Below, piece by piece: positions 37,412 through 47,196 of a DNA stretch of 58,700 bases. How positions within the stretch are numbered: position 1 is the first letter of the stretch; each line of letters begins with the position of its first letter. Source of the stretch: a virus (lineage: Duplodnaviria > Caudoviricetes); IMG/VR virus record IMGVR_UViG_3300021420_000036, positions 1 to 58,700 of that record, one strand, 5' to 3'. Under the pieces are notes generated by a model. That model made no database searches, was not told where the DNA came from, and saw only the letters and a program-made list of their open reading frames with translations. A program made the translations under genes and the position numbers.

Positions 37412-37440
37412 TGCTTATGACAATATACGACACGGGTCAA
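37412..37440 (-). promoter_or_regulatory. Promoter TTGACC-N17-TAAGCA giving a nearly leaderless transcript
   Basis: The -10 box ends 6 nt before the ATG at 37405; same TAAnCACC motif as other promoters. Confidence 0.62.
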
Positions 37441-37459
37441 CAGAAACTTACTAACAATT

Positions 37460-37708
37460 TCAGGGGCTGCCGGATTGGAAGAGCGCCTGCATGCGGGCCT
37501 CGGACTCATAGACGGCGTCAAAAGTGTTGGACGCGCCCTGGGCGGCATCCCACGCCACTTTGTCCCGCTCAAAGCGGAGGCAGGCCGCGCGCAACTCGGG
37601 CGACGGGCGGGCGTGGGCGCGGCGGTAGTCCGCGCGGTAAGCCCTGGGCACGTAGAGTGGCACGCAACCGGTTAACAGAAGGCAGACCGCGATGGATTTC
37701 ATTCTCAC
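37460..37708 (-). CDS. Small lipoprotein-like ORF
   Basis: MKSIAVCLLLTGC lipobox. Confidence 0.55.
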   Translation of the reverse strand: MRMKSIAVCLLLTGCVPLYVPRAYRADYRRAHARPSPELRAACLRFERDKVAWDAAQGASNTFDAVYESEARMQALFQSGSP

Positions 37709-39564
37709 GCGTTATAATTGAGGACGTGTTTGCCGCGCAGTTCCCTGGACTTGCGGCGGAGATCGTCCAGCCATTCCAGGTTTTGCGTTTCACTATCCGC
37801 ATTGGCGAGGCGGGAGATGGAGAAGCCCCGGCGGCGAGCGCCTTCCACCGCAATGGCAAACCAGTCGGCCAGGTCGGGCGAGCGCCCGGTGCGTTGCTTC
37901 ATGCCGGGGCGTTCGGCGGTGCCGGACTTGGGCTCGACCTGGACTTTGAAATTCTTTTTATCCCACTGGCGCATGCACAACTCCTCCAGCACGCCCTCGG
38001 GGAGGTTGCGAATCTGCCCGGCCTCGATGGCGAAGCGCAGCGAATACCACAACTCGGTGACGAAATTCAGATAATACTCGGTGCAGAGCAGCAGCCGGCG
38101 CTCATTGGTTTTGGGATCACGAATGTAGTGGTCCAGCGACACGGGGCGCTCGGTGGGTTTGCCACCGAATTCCACCGGGTTGGTTTGCGCGGACCAGATG
38201 CGGGCCAGCGCCGTGCCCAGGGAGCCGCGACCGGTGGCATCGTGAAACATGTTCTCGGGCGGGATGTTTTGATTTTCCGCGTAGGTCTTGACCCACTCGG
38301 CAATCTGGTCCTCCGGCGAGGTTTTGGTGGCAATGCGGATGGGGATGATTTGCGGCTCCGAACACGAAAGAATGACGTGGCCCTCAATATCCAGCCCGAA
38401 CTCGATGTGACCGCCCACGCAGCGGTCCCCGCCGTAGGCGGCATCCACGGCCAGGATGCGGGTGAGTGAAGTGCCCTTCCAGGTGACATCCTCCTGCGCG
38501 CGGAATTGCCGGCACATATCGCGCGTGACGACGCGGCGCAGGAGCAGGGCGTTGCGCATGGAGCCGATGCACTGCTGATGATACTCCGGCGAGTCGTCCC
38601 CCCACGTCCGGCGGGTTTCCTCAATCTGTTTGCGGTGGGGCAGGTATTTGAAGCGGGGCGGCTGGTCCGCTGGGAAATCGAAATTGGGCGAGTCGGTGCC
38701 GATGAGGTTGATGCAAATGCCATCCATGAAGCGGGTGGGCCAGGTCTCGGTTTTATCCGGCATGGGATGGGACACCCACCCATCTAAAGGTTCACCGGCG
38801 CGCCCGAGCGGGTCGGTGGGGTCCTGGGGATTGCCGAGGACCGCCGCCCAGAAATCCTCATTTTGATTCAGGTTGGCGAAGGCGGACAGGAAGGAGGAGC
38901 CCATGAATTGCGCTTCATCCGCAATCAGGCGGACGCGCTTTTGATGGATGCCGATGTATTTGCCGAGCCCGACGTACTTGCTGCCCTGGATGCAGGGGAT
39001 GCCGATGAGCCCCTTGCGCAAGTCGCGCGCGGTGTCTTCCTCAATATCATCCGTGGCGATGGCGTGTCGGGAGTCGATGAGATGGCCGGCGAGCCACGGG
39101 AATTTTTCCTTGCCAAGCTCGAACAACTTTTTGATTTCGCCCCAGACGCGCAGTTCGAGTCCGCGCAGGTCGGTGGAGGAGATCAGGACGATGGTGTCGT
39201 TGGGGAACACCCAGTAATCGCACAGGAAGAGCCAGGCGGCGGAGTGGGTTTTGCCGGTGCCGCCGGAGCCCATGAGGGTGGCGACCTTGTGTTTACACAT
39301 TTCATCCCGGCACAGCGCGTGCCAGCGGTGATCGTCAAGGCCGGGCCAGATGATCTGGCGCATGGCCTCAAAGTGGAAGGCGCGGCCAAGGCCGCACAAT
39401 GGATGGGATGCGGCGGGCAGGTTGCCCACCGCCACAGGCAACTTGCCTGTGCCACCCTGGGAAGGGGACCACGTCCCCCCTTTGCGGAGGCAAGCCATTT
39501 CGATTTTGAGCGGGTGGGCACCCACGGGCCATTGGGCACCGTATTTTTCAAACGTGTTAGCCAC
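37705..39564 (-). CDS. terL: Terminase large subunit
   Basis: Walker A GSGGTGKT, Walker B LIADEAQ, LGNP coupling motif, nuclease VDAAYGGDRC and RSPDLAD; likely GTG start at 39564. Confidence 0.9.
   Translation of the reverse strand: MANTFEKYGAQWPVGAHPLKIEMACLRKGGTWSPSQGGTGKLPVAVGNLPAASHPLCGLGRAFHFEAMRQIIWPGLDDHRWHALCRDEMCKHKVATLMGSGGTGKTHSAAWLFLCDYWVFPNDTIVLISSTDLRGLELRVWGEIKKLFELGKEKFPWLAGHLIDSRHAIATDDIEEDTARDLRKGLIGIPCIQGSKYVGLGKYIGIHQKRVRLIADEAQFMGSSFLSAFANLNQNEDFWAAVLGNPQDPTDPLGRAGEPLDGWVSHPMPDKTETWPTRFMDGICINLIGTDSPNFDFPADQPPRFKYLPHRKQIEETRRTWGDDSPEYHQQCIGSMRNALLLRRVVTRDMCRQFRAQEDVTWKGTSLTRILAVDAAYGGDRCVGGHIEFGLDIEGHVILSCSEPQIIPIRIATKTSPEDQIAEWVKTYAENQNIPPENMFHDATGRGSLGTALARIWSAQTNPVEFGGKPTERPVSLDHYIRDPKTNERRLLLCTEYYLNFVTELWYSLRFAIEAGQIRNLPEGVLEELCMRQWDKKNFKVQVEPKSGTAERPGMKQRTGRSPDLADWFAIAVEGARRRGFSISRLANADSETQNLEWLDDLRRKSRELRGKHVLNYNA
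39407..39457. repeat. 51-bp double-hairpin element; second copy at 2254-2304
   Basis: GATGC.GC.GGCAGGTTGCC..C.GCCACAGGC.....GCCTGTGCCACCC. Confidence 0.85.
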
Positions 39565-39640
39565 GGATAAACACAGATAGCACGGATGGGGACAAAGTTG
39601 GGGTATCGACTTTGTGGGTGGTGGTGGACGACGGTCAAGG

Positions 39641-42349
39641 ATGGCGAGTGGTGTACGGATTGCGGACGGTTCATTTGATTTTAGCGGCGGGATTGACTCG
39701 GGCCGGGTGACCACGGTGGTGGGGCCGAACAACCCGCACGGGTTGCCGCGTTCGATGCTGGCGTGGCTGACGAGCGGGACCGTGCGGCAGGGAGGCATCC
39801 AGCCGCGCAACGGTTTCCAGCCGCTGGTGGACATCATACGGGGCAACGTGGAAAATGACGCCCTGACGCCCGAAGCGGGCATTGCGGCGGCGATGCAGGC
39901 GGTGATCCGGGTAACGGGGCCGACGCCGCTTTTCCAGGGGCAGTTTTTATACGAGCCGTTCTTTGCGAATCCCTACTTGGTGATGAGCGTGGGTGGGAGG
40001 ATTTACAAGGTGCTGGTGGAAGCGCCGTTTACGGTGACGGATTTGAGCGCGCAGTTCGGACTGGTTAACCCGGCGACACCGGTGCAGGCGTATTTTGTGC
40101 AGGGGGAACAATTCCTGGTGATTCAGGCCGGGGACGGCGCGAGCCCGAACCCGACGCTGCCGTTATTCTGGGACGGGACGATTTTGCGTCGGAGCGTGGG
40201 ACTGGCACCGGCGGGCGTGAGCGTGGGGACCTACACGCTGACGACGACGATAGGATGGGTGGTGCCCAATGTAGGCGCGACGGTGGTGGTGACGCTGGCC
40301 AGTCCGTATCCCGGCAGCGTGGGGGATGTGTTGCAGTGGCCCGGGTTTGGGACGTTCACGGTGAATTCCATTTCCGGCAACACGGTGACCCTGGTGGACA
40401 CGGCCTCGACCCAGGTGGGCAACACGGTGACGCCGGGGACCTATGTGATCCCGACGACGCCGGGGCCGGCCACGACGGTCCACAATGTGACCACGACCAA
40501 TGCGCCGGTGCAGCCGTTTTTCCCCGGCAACACGCTGAACGCGGTGTTGAACGCGCCCTATACCGGCGCGGTGGGCGATAGCGTCAACTGGATTGGCGTG
40601 GGGACTTACACGGTGTTGGGATTGACCAACGCGAACCAGACGGTGTCGCTGGCGGCGGTGACGTTGCAAGCGCCGCAGAACGCGCCGATTGGCGCGGGGG
40701 CTTACACCTGGGTGGCGACGGGACCGAGCACGCCCTCGACCAATGTGGCGCAGGCGCGCACGACCAGCACGGCACCGAACCAGCCGTTTCCCGGCGGAAC
40801 CATCAACGTGACCGTGACCGTGGCGTTCACCGGTACGGCGGGGGACACGGTGTATTGGATTCAGAACTCGGGGAACTTCGACGGCATCGGGATTTACAAA
40901 CTGCTGGGGTTGAGCGGGGGCGGGACGGTGTTGAGCCTCCAACTGGTGACGGCTCAGGCGAATCCGGGAACGAACATCGGCGCTGGCAACTATGTGTTCA
41001 TCGACGTGCCATCGGCAGTCAGCGGCGGCGGTGGTGGCGCGGTGGGATTTGTGCCGGAACTGCCGGCGGCGGGGCCGATGGTGTATTACGCGGGGCGGAT
41101 ATGGTACGCGCAGGGGCGGAAATACACGGCGGGGGATATTGTGTTCGGCCCGAGCGGGACGCTGCCGTATAACTTCACCGATTCGATTTTGAAAGTGACG
41201 GAGAACCCGCTGGCGATTGGCGGGGACGGATTCACGGTGCCATCGCAGGCCGGGAACATCACGGCGCTGACTTACACGAGCAACCTGGACACGAGCCTGG
41301 GGCAGGGGCCGCTTTATATCTTCACGACGCGGCAGGTCTATCAACTGCAAGTGCCGGTGACGCGGACGGCGTGGATTGCGGCGGGCAGCGCCAACATGCC
41401 GCTGCAAACGGTGGCGCAGATCAAGTACGGGAGCACGAGCGACCGGTGCGTGGTGCATGTGAACGGGGACTTGTTTTACCAGAGCCTGGAACCGGCGATA
41501 CGGAGTTTGTTCGTCAGCACGCGGTATTTTGAGCAGTGGGGGAATATTCCGATTTCGCGCAACGAGAACCGGGTGCTGCAATTCAACAACCGGGCGTTGA
41601 TGGCGCTGGCCAACGGCATCCAGTTCGACAACCGGCTGCTCCAGGCGATTCTGCCGGTGCAGACGCCGGTGGGGGTGGGCTTCCAGGCGATTGCGCCACT
41701 GGACTTCGACATCATCAGCAGTTTCGGCCAAGAGGAGAGCGCGCCGCCGCCGGCGTGGGAGGGAATGTGGGAGGGGATGGACGTGCTGCAATTGAGCGAG
41801 GGTGATTTTGGCGGCAGGCAACGGGCGTTTGCGACGGTGCACAGCCGGGTGGATGGGAGCATCCAGGTGTGGGAGTTGACGGACTTTGCGCAGACGGACA
41901 ACGGAGACGACCGGATACCGTGGTATTTCGAGACGCCGGCGTACAATTTTTTCAAGGAGTTTGAGATGAAGAAATTGACGGGCGGGGAAATCTGGATCGA
42001 CAGCATTTCGGGCACGGTGGAATTGCAGGTGCAATACCGGAGCGACGCGGACCCGTGCTGGCAGGACTGGCACCGGACGGAGTTTTGCGCGGCGCGGAAC
42101 AGTTGCGAGGACGCGAGCAACCCGGTGTGTTCGCAATATCCACTGCCGACGTTGTGCGAGGGGCATCGTTTCCCCATCACATTGCCCAATCCGCCCGCCG
42201 GAAAGTGTGCGACTATGAACCAGAGGCCCGTGGACACGGGCTACCAGTTTCAGGTGAAAGTGATCCTGAAAGGGTGGTGCCGGATACGCGGGTTGATCAT
42301 TTACGGCGAGCAGCGGGACAGAGGGCCGTATGAGGGATTGAAATGCTGA
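39641..42349 (+). CDS. Tail/DNA stabilisation (nozzle) protein with three inserted beta-repeat domains
   Basis: About 900 aa beta-rich; N-terminal FSGGIDS; three repeats of V.L..PY.G..GD.V.W.G.G.Y.V. Confidence 0.65.
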   Translation: MASGVRIADGSFDFSGGIDSGRVTTVVGPNNPHGLPRSMLAWLTSGTVRQGGIQPRNGFQPLVDIIRGNVENDALTPEAGIAAAMQAVIRVTGPTPLFQGQFLYEPFFANPYLVMSVGGRIYKVLVEAPFTVTDLSAQFGLVNPATPVQAYFVQGEQFLVIQAGDGASPNPTLPLFWDGTILRRSVGLAPAGVSVGTYTLTTTIGWVVPNVGATVVVTLASPYPGSVGDVLQWPGFGTFTVNSISGNTVTLVDTASTQVGNTVTPGTYVIPTTPGPATTVHNVTTTNAPVQPFFPGNTLNAVLNAPYTGAVGDSVNWIGVGTYTVLGLTNANQTVSLAAVTLQAPQNAPIGAGAYTWVATGPSTPSTNVAQARTTSTAPNQPFPGGTINVTVTVAFTGTAGDTVYWIQNSGNFDGIGIYKLLGLSGGGTVLSLQLVTAQANPGTNIGAGNYVFIDVPSAVSGGGGGAVGFVPELPAAGPMVYYAGRIWYAQGRKYTAGDIVFGPSGTLPYNFTDSILKVTENPLAIGGDGFTVPSQAGNITALTYTSNLDTSLGQGPLYIFTTRQVYQLQVPVTRTAWIAAGSANMPLQTVAQIKYGSTSDRCVVHVNGDLFYQSLEPAIRSLFVSTRYFEQWGNIPISRNENRVLQFNNRALMALANGIQFDNRLLQAILPVQTPVGVGFQAIAPLDFDIISSFGQEESAPPPAWEGMWEGMDVLQLSEGDFGGRQRAFATVHSRVDGSIQVWELTDFAQTDNGDDRIPWYFETPAYNFFKEFEMKKLTGGEIWIDSISGTVELQVQYRSDADPCWQDWHRTEFCAARNSCEDASNPVCSQYPLPTLCEGHRFPITLPNPPAGKCATMNQRPVDTGYQFQVKVILKGWCRIRGLIIYGEQRDRGPYEGLKC

Positions 42350-42371
42350 TTTAACCGCAAAGAACGCAAAG

Positions 42372-42632
42372 ATGGAAAGACGAAATTTCATAAAGGCGAT
42401 GTTGCTGGCGGCGGTTGCGCCGTCGGTGTTGCTGCCGCGCCTGGCCGACCATCACCGGTGGAAGCGCACCGGGAATTTGTGGGTGAGAAATCCGGCGTGG
42501 GAAACGGCGAAGTATGAAGTCTTTTACCTCCAACAGCCCGGAATTTATGACCCGGCGATTTTTACCGGAGAGTGGAGTTTTGTGACGGGGACATTCAATG
42601 GCCGCGAAGTGACGTTTGCAGCCACCGAGTAA
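42372..42632 (+). CDS. Small ORF with a twin-arginine-like leader
   Basis: MERRNFIKAMLLAAVAP. Confidence 0.6.
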   Translation: MERRNFIKAMLLAAVAPSVLLPRLADHHRWKRTGNLWVRNPAWETAKYEVFYLQQPGIYDPAIFTGEWSFVTGTFNGREVTFAATE

Positions 42633-42633
42633 C

Positions 42634-44670
42634 ATGGGAAACATTTTGTGCCCAACGAAAATTGACTGCGCGTGCGACGATAACCCGTTCGCCAACCTGA
42701 GCGCGGAAGCGCCGGACCCGCGTCTGTTTTTCAGCACGGCGTTTGTGCAGTTGCTGCCGCCGCTGGGCACGGCGTGGAACGCGATTTCCTGCACGAGTGT
42801 GTGCGAAAGCGGCGTCTCGCAACAAGCGGCGGACTTGTGCGCGACGTTGCAGGCCGAAGAGTGTGTGGTGGGCGGGTTCACCACGGGCGGGACGGCAGCA
42901 CCGCCGGGACCGCCACCGAGCGAACCGCAGGGGACTGTGGCGACGGGATTCTTTTTGAACAGCCCGCAGGATGGGCTGGTGTTTTGTCCCGATGGGTTGC
43001 CGTTCACCTACACGGTGCCGGCGGGGTTATTTGGCGATTTCAGCCAGAGCGGGGCGGACGCGAAGGCGAAGAGTTACGCGCAGCAACTAGCGGCGCAGCA
43101 TGTGATTTGCCTGGGCGACATACAGAGCCAAGTTTGTGCGGGTGCTGCTTATGCTTCAACCATTGTGGCCACGGGTGGCTTTTTGGCGGTGGCACCGGGA
43201 GGCGATGCTTGGGAATTGACCTCCGGTGCGCTGCCGCCGGGGTTGACGATGGACACGGGGAACATCACGGGCGGGCAGAGCACGATCAGCGGGACGTGCA
43301 ATGTGCCGGGGATTTACACGTTTACGGTGAGCGTGACGGACCCGAGCGGGGATTTCCAACAGAAGACTTATACCATCAAGGTGGCGGGCATCATCAACGC
43401 GATGACGCTGCCCAATGGTTCGGTGGGCGGTGCCTATAGCCAGGACGTGAACAGTGTGGGCGTGACCAACCCGATTTTCAGCGTGGACGGCGGGGCGCTG
43501 CCGCCGGGACTTGCGCTGGACCCGGGCGGGATTATTTTTGGGACGCCAACGACCAACGGCACATTCAACTTTGTGCTGGGCGTGACGGAGGCCGGGACAG
43601 GTGTGACGTGCGACACGCCCGCGAGCATCACCATCTCCGGGACGTGCGTCCAGCCGGTGATTAAGTACGCCGTCCTGTTTAGCAACTCTGCGATAGAAGG
43701 AGCGGACACAGTAATGGCGTATCGATCCGGCGCTGGGCACTATACGTTTGTAACCAATGACGGCACCGTTGGACTTTTGATGGCGCAAGCCCTAAACGAT
43801 TCGACCGGAGCGTTGTTAATGTCAGGACAAGCAACGGGCGGCAACGGTGGCACTGTCGCTGTTTACTACCCGCCCACAGACAATTTTTATTGTTATGACC
43901 TTGTGAGCGCGAAAGAATGGTCCGGTGCGACGCTGAATCAACTCGACAATCAAGCTGGCGCATTTGGCAATTTCACTTGGGACGTTACTTACAACTCGGT
44001 GAATTCCCTGGTTTATCTTAACGCCAACACTGACTTGGTGGTGTTCAACCCGGCGGTCAATTACTTCACTCCTGTAGCCGATATTGGCAGTGGAACGCCT
44101 AATATTTTCTTTTCTGGAAAACTGTCACTGGACACGACCAGCAACCGTTTGTTCGTGGGTTTTGTGGACGCGAGCGGGCCGGTTTGGGCTGGGAGCGTGA
44201 AAGTGTTTGACACGACGGCGGCGTTGCCGGCGCTTCTGCACACCTGGAATATTCCCGGCGGGCCGGGTGGAACGCTCATCAACTCCGCGATTTTCTGTCC
44301 CGGAACCAACAAAGTGTATGTGATTGGTTGCGAGTTGACGGCAGGACAGGCGGGAGACCAGCGTGACTTTGTGATGGTCCTGGACGCGACGACTGGAGTC
44401 ATCCTGCATAACTTCACGGCACCGGACCCTATTGGAGGACTGGCGACGTTTGGCGGAATTGCCAACCCAGTGCACAATCCCGTGGCGAATCTTTTGTATG
44501 TTCCGGGTTCGGGTTCGATCATGGTGCTCTGCACCAACACCGACGCATTTCTCACTTCCATGGCGGTGACCCCAAACGGCCTGAACGGAATTTATGTGTC
44601 TTTCAACAACACGGTTTCTTACGTCAGTGCCGGAGATGCAACGCACAGCACAATAAACAATTTTGGTTAA
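42634..44670 (+). CDS. Tail appendage with two Ig-like (He_PIG-type) domains and a beta-propeller-like C-terminus
   Basis: W...SGALPPGLT...ISGT...G.YTFTVSVTD, repeated; Cys-rich N-terminus. Confidence 0.75.
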   Translation: MGNILCPTKIDCACDDNPFANLSAEAPDPRLFFSTAFVQLLPPLGTAWNAISCTSVCESGVSQQAADLCATLQAEECVVGGFTTGGTAAPPGPPPSEPQGTVATGFFLNSPQDGLVFCPDGLPFTYTVPAGLFGDFSQSGADAKAKSYAQQLAAQHVICLGDIQSQVCAGAAYASTIVATGGFLAVAPGGDAWELTSGALPPGLTMDTGNITGGQSTISGTCNVPGIYTFTVSVTDPSGDFQQKTYTIKVAGIINAMTLPNGSVGGAYSQDVNSVGVTNPIFSVDGGALPPGLALDPGGIIFGTPTTNGTFNFVLGVTEAGTGVTCDTPASITISGTCVQPVIKYAVLFSNSAIEGADTVMAYRSGAGHYTFVTNDGTVGLLMAQALNDSTGALLMSGQATGGNGGTVAVYYPPTDNFYCYDLVSAKEWSGATLNQLDNQAGAFGNFTWDVTYNSVNSLVYLNANTDLVVFNPAVNYFTPVADIGSGTPNIFFSGKLSLDTTSNRLFVGFVDASGPVWAGSVKVFDTTAALPALLHTWNIPGGPGGTLINSAIFCPGTNKVYVIGCELTAGQAGDQRDFVMVLDATTGVILHNFTAPDPIGGLATFGGIANPVHNPVANLLYVPGSGSIMVLCTNTDAFLTSMAVTPNGLNGIYVSFNNTVSYVSAGDATHSTINNFG

Positions 44671-44672
44671 TC

Positions 44673-45755
44673 ATGAGAACCACCCTGGGACAAGTCAGAC
44701 AGTCGCGGTTGCCGCAGAGCATCGGGCGGTGCGCGAATGATTTGCCGGAGGTGGCAGCGTTTGTGAATCAGGCGCAGCAGCAACTGATCAACGCCGGCGG
44801 CGAGACGGGGTTCTGGGGCGGGTGGGAAAAGGTGGCGTTCCAGGCGACGCGCTGCAATCCCTACATCACGCTGCCGCGAAAATACGCGCGGGCGATCAAC
44901 CTGGCGGTGTGCCGGTTTCCGATACGGATGCAGAATGAATTTTATGAGTTGCTGCCGGACGGCATCGGCCTCCAGGACTTTTGCAGCATCAAGGGGCGGA
45001 CGGACTGGTGCGGCGCGCTGGAGGGTTACGAACGCGGGACGGTGGTGAGCATGACGGACCTGACGCCGACGAACCAGTTGCTGCGGGTTTATTTGACGGA
45101 CCCGAGGGACATTGGGAAACGGATTTTGATCGGGCCGGCGCAGGACCAGAACGGAAATTTTATTTACACGCAGGACGGCAACCCGAGCGTGAACGGGTTT
45201 TATCTGACGCTGGCGCAGCCGTTCACGACGAGCGCGTTTGTGGTAACGAGTTTCAGCGGGGTGCAGAAGGACGCGACGTACGGGGACGTGCTGCTTTACC
45301 AAGTGGACGCGACGACCGGGGCGCAGGTGTTGCTCTCGCGTTATGCGCCGGATGAAATCACGCCGGCGTATCGAAGATTTTTCATAAAAAATCTTCCTTG
45401 TGGGTGTCATGCGACACAAGTCCCCGGCAACCCGTGCGTGTCGGGCGCACCGGTGCCGGACGGGGTGGTGACGGTCACGGCGCTTTGTAAACTGGAGTTT
45501 ATTCCGGCGAACCGGGACACGGATTATTTGATCATCGGGAACATCCCGGCGTTGATTGAGGAGTGCAAGGCGATTCGATATAGCGACATGGACGAGCCGA
45601 ACGCGGTGACGCTGGAGGGCAAGAGCCACCAGAAGGCGATCAAATATTTGAACGATGAACTGCGGCATTACCTGGGCGAGTTGCAACCGGCAGTGAACCT
45701 CGCGCCGTTCGGGACGGCGACGCTGCGGAGGCAACGGATTGGGACATTGATTTAA
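44673..45755 (+). CDS. Head-to-tail adaptor/tail tubular protein A-like
   Basis: VAAFVNQAQQQLIN...W N-terminus; helical C-terminus; position in the module. Confidence 0.55.
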   Translation: MRTTLGQVRQSRLPQSIGRCANDLPEVAAFVNQAQQQLINAGGETGFWGGWEKVAFQATRCNPYITLPRKYARAINLAVCRFPIRMQNEFYELLPDGIGLQDFCSIKGRTDWCGALEGYERGTVVSMTDLTPTNQLLRVYLTDPRDIGKRILIGPAQDQNGNFIYTQDGNPSVNGFYLTLAQPFTTSAFVVTSFSGVQKDATYGDVLLYQVDATTGAQVLLSRYAPDEITPAYRRFFIKNLPCGCHATQVPGNPCVSGAPVPDGVVTVTALCKLEFIPANRDTDYLIIGNIPALIEECKAIRYSDMDEPNAVTLEGKSHQKAIKYLNDELRHYLGELQPAVNLAPFGTATLRRQRIGTLI

Positions 45756-45851
45756 CCGCAAAGAACGCAAAGCGGACAAAGACAACACTTTTAACAGAAG
45801 GCAACTGAGGGAACAGAGAGAACGGAAAAGACGGTTCAGGAAATATGATTT

Positions 45852-46772
45852 ATGGCGTACTCGGGTGAAATAACGACTTACGGGCAAAACTCCGCGCAGC
45901 AGGGGCTGGACGAAGCGACGGGCATGAACAACCAGTTCAACGCGGCGGCGTTTGGGTCGAGACCGAGCGCGCCGGCACCGGCAATCACGGCAGGCGCGAA
46001 CACGGGTGCGGCGATAGGCGCGCAGCAGTCGGTTTACAATCAGTTGCCGGGTTACGCGGGGAGCTTGACGAACATCGGCGCGAACATCGGCAGCGAGACG
46101 GCGGGGGAACTGCCGGACGTGGTGAAGCGGCAACTGGCGCAGGCGGCGGCGGAGCGGGGCATCGCCACCGGTTCGCCGGGCAGCGACAACAGCAACGCGA
46201 GTTATTTGCAGAGTGTGGGGCTGGAGAGCCTGGACTTGACGGGGCTGGGGCAGCAGCAGTTTCAAAGCATTTTGCCGAGCCTGCCGGGGAACGCGATTGC
46301 GCAGAATCCGCTGAGTTACGTGACGCCGGGACAGAATTACGAGGCCGGGTTGCAGAACAGTATTTTTGGGAGCGCGCCGGACCCGGCATCGGCAGCGCGG
46401 GCGAGTCTGGGCGCGGTGGCGGGTGGGTTTAATCAGGGGCGCGGGAGCATGGGCGCGCCGGGGTTGGGTGGGTTTGATTCGTCAGCGGATTGGTGGAACC
46501 AGCCGGCTGGAACGGGGACGGCGGGCGGCGGTGGGACGGGTGGTGGGACTTACATTGGCGGGGTGTATTACGGGCCGGGGCAGCAACCTGGAAATAGCGC
46601 GGTGATTGATCCGATTGTGCAGAAGTATGTGCAGTCGGTATATGGCGGGAATGACCCGACGGACCCGGGCGTGGGCGCGGCGATTGACAGTTCGCAGCCG
46701 GCGCAGTTGGCGGGGTTTGACACACAGGCGGCGGCGGGAGGGGACAACGCGGCCAATTATCCGAGTTACTGA
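45852..46772 (+). CDS. Putative internal virion/DNA ejection protein
   Basis: G/A/Q/S-rich; first of three ejection-like genes. Confidence 0.55.
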   Translation: MAYSGEITTYGQNSAQQGLDEATGMNNQFNAAAFGSRPSAPAPAITAGANTGAAIGAQQSVYNQLPGYAGSLTNIGANIGSETAGELPDVVKRQLAQAAAERGIATGSPGSDNSNASYLQSVGLESLDLTGLGQQQFQSILPSLPGNAIAQNPLSYVTPGQNYEAGLQNSIFGSAPDPASAARASLGAVAGGFNQGRGSMGAPGLGGFDSSADWWNQPAGTGTAGGGGTGGGTYIGGVYYGPGQQPGNSAVIDPIVQKYVQSVYGGNDPTDPGVGAAIDSSQPAQLAGFDTQAAAGGDNAANYPSY

Positions 46773-47167
46773 TGAACGCGCTTTTTAAAATTTACGGGTC
46801 CGCGAATGAATCTGCCCGCGCGATGACCAAGCCGTCCTTTGTTCATGGCGTCGTGAGTATTATCGGCATGCGTTCCCAGAAAAAGATGCTCCGGGTTGCA
46901 ACAAATCCGATTGTCGCACTTATGACACACAAGCACACCATCGGGAATTGGTCCCTTGGCAATTTCAAACGCCACGCGGTGCGCCAGCAGGGTACGAAAA
47001 TTACGGGTGGTTTTTCCATATCCGTTCTTGCCGATGGCACCAGCCCACGGCCAACACGAATCCGTGCAGCCGGAGGTGACACGATGGCGAAATCTTTGCT
47101 CGAACGATGGTGCTTTGGCCCATCGAACCTTTGCGCCCAAGCGACCAATGCAACTGTAATCGCGCAT
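46766..47167 (-). CDS. Free-standing HNH homing endonuclease
   Basis: CWPWAG...GYG...LAHRVAF...[29 protein letters not shown]; antisense to its neighbours. Confidence 0.92.
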   Translation of the reverse strand: MRDYSCIGRLGAKVRWAKAPSFEQRFRHRVTSGCTDSCWPWAGAIGKNGYGKTTRNFRTLLAHRVAFEIAKGPIPDGVLVCHKCDNRICCNPEHLFLGTHADNTHDAMNKGRLGHRAGRFIRGPVNFKKRVHQ

Positions 47168-47196
47168 AACAAACTTATAAACCTGGGAGGTGGCAG

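Noticed and set aside
40163-42391. Long antisense ORFs (also 20780-22624, 23526-25235, 30499-31887, 52218-54356)
   Set aside because: Shadow frames of GC-rich coding genes; R/H/P-rich with no motifs
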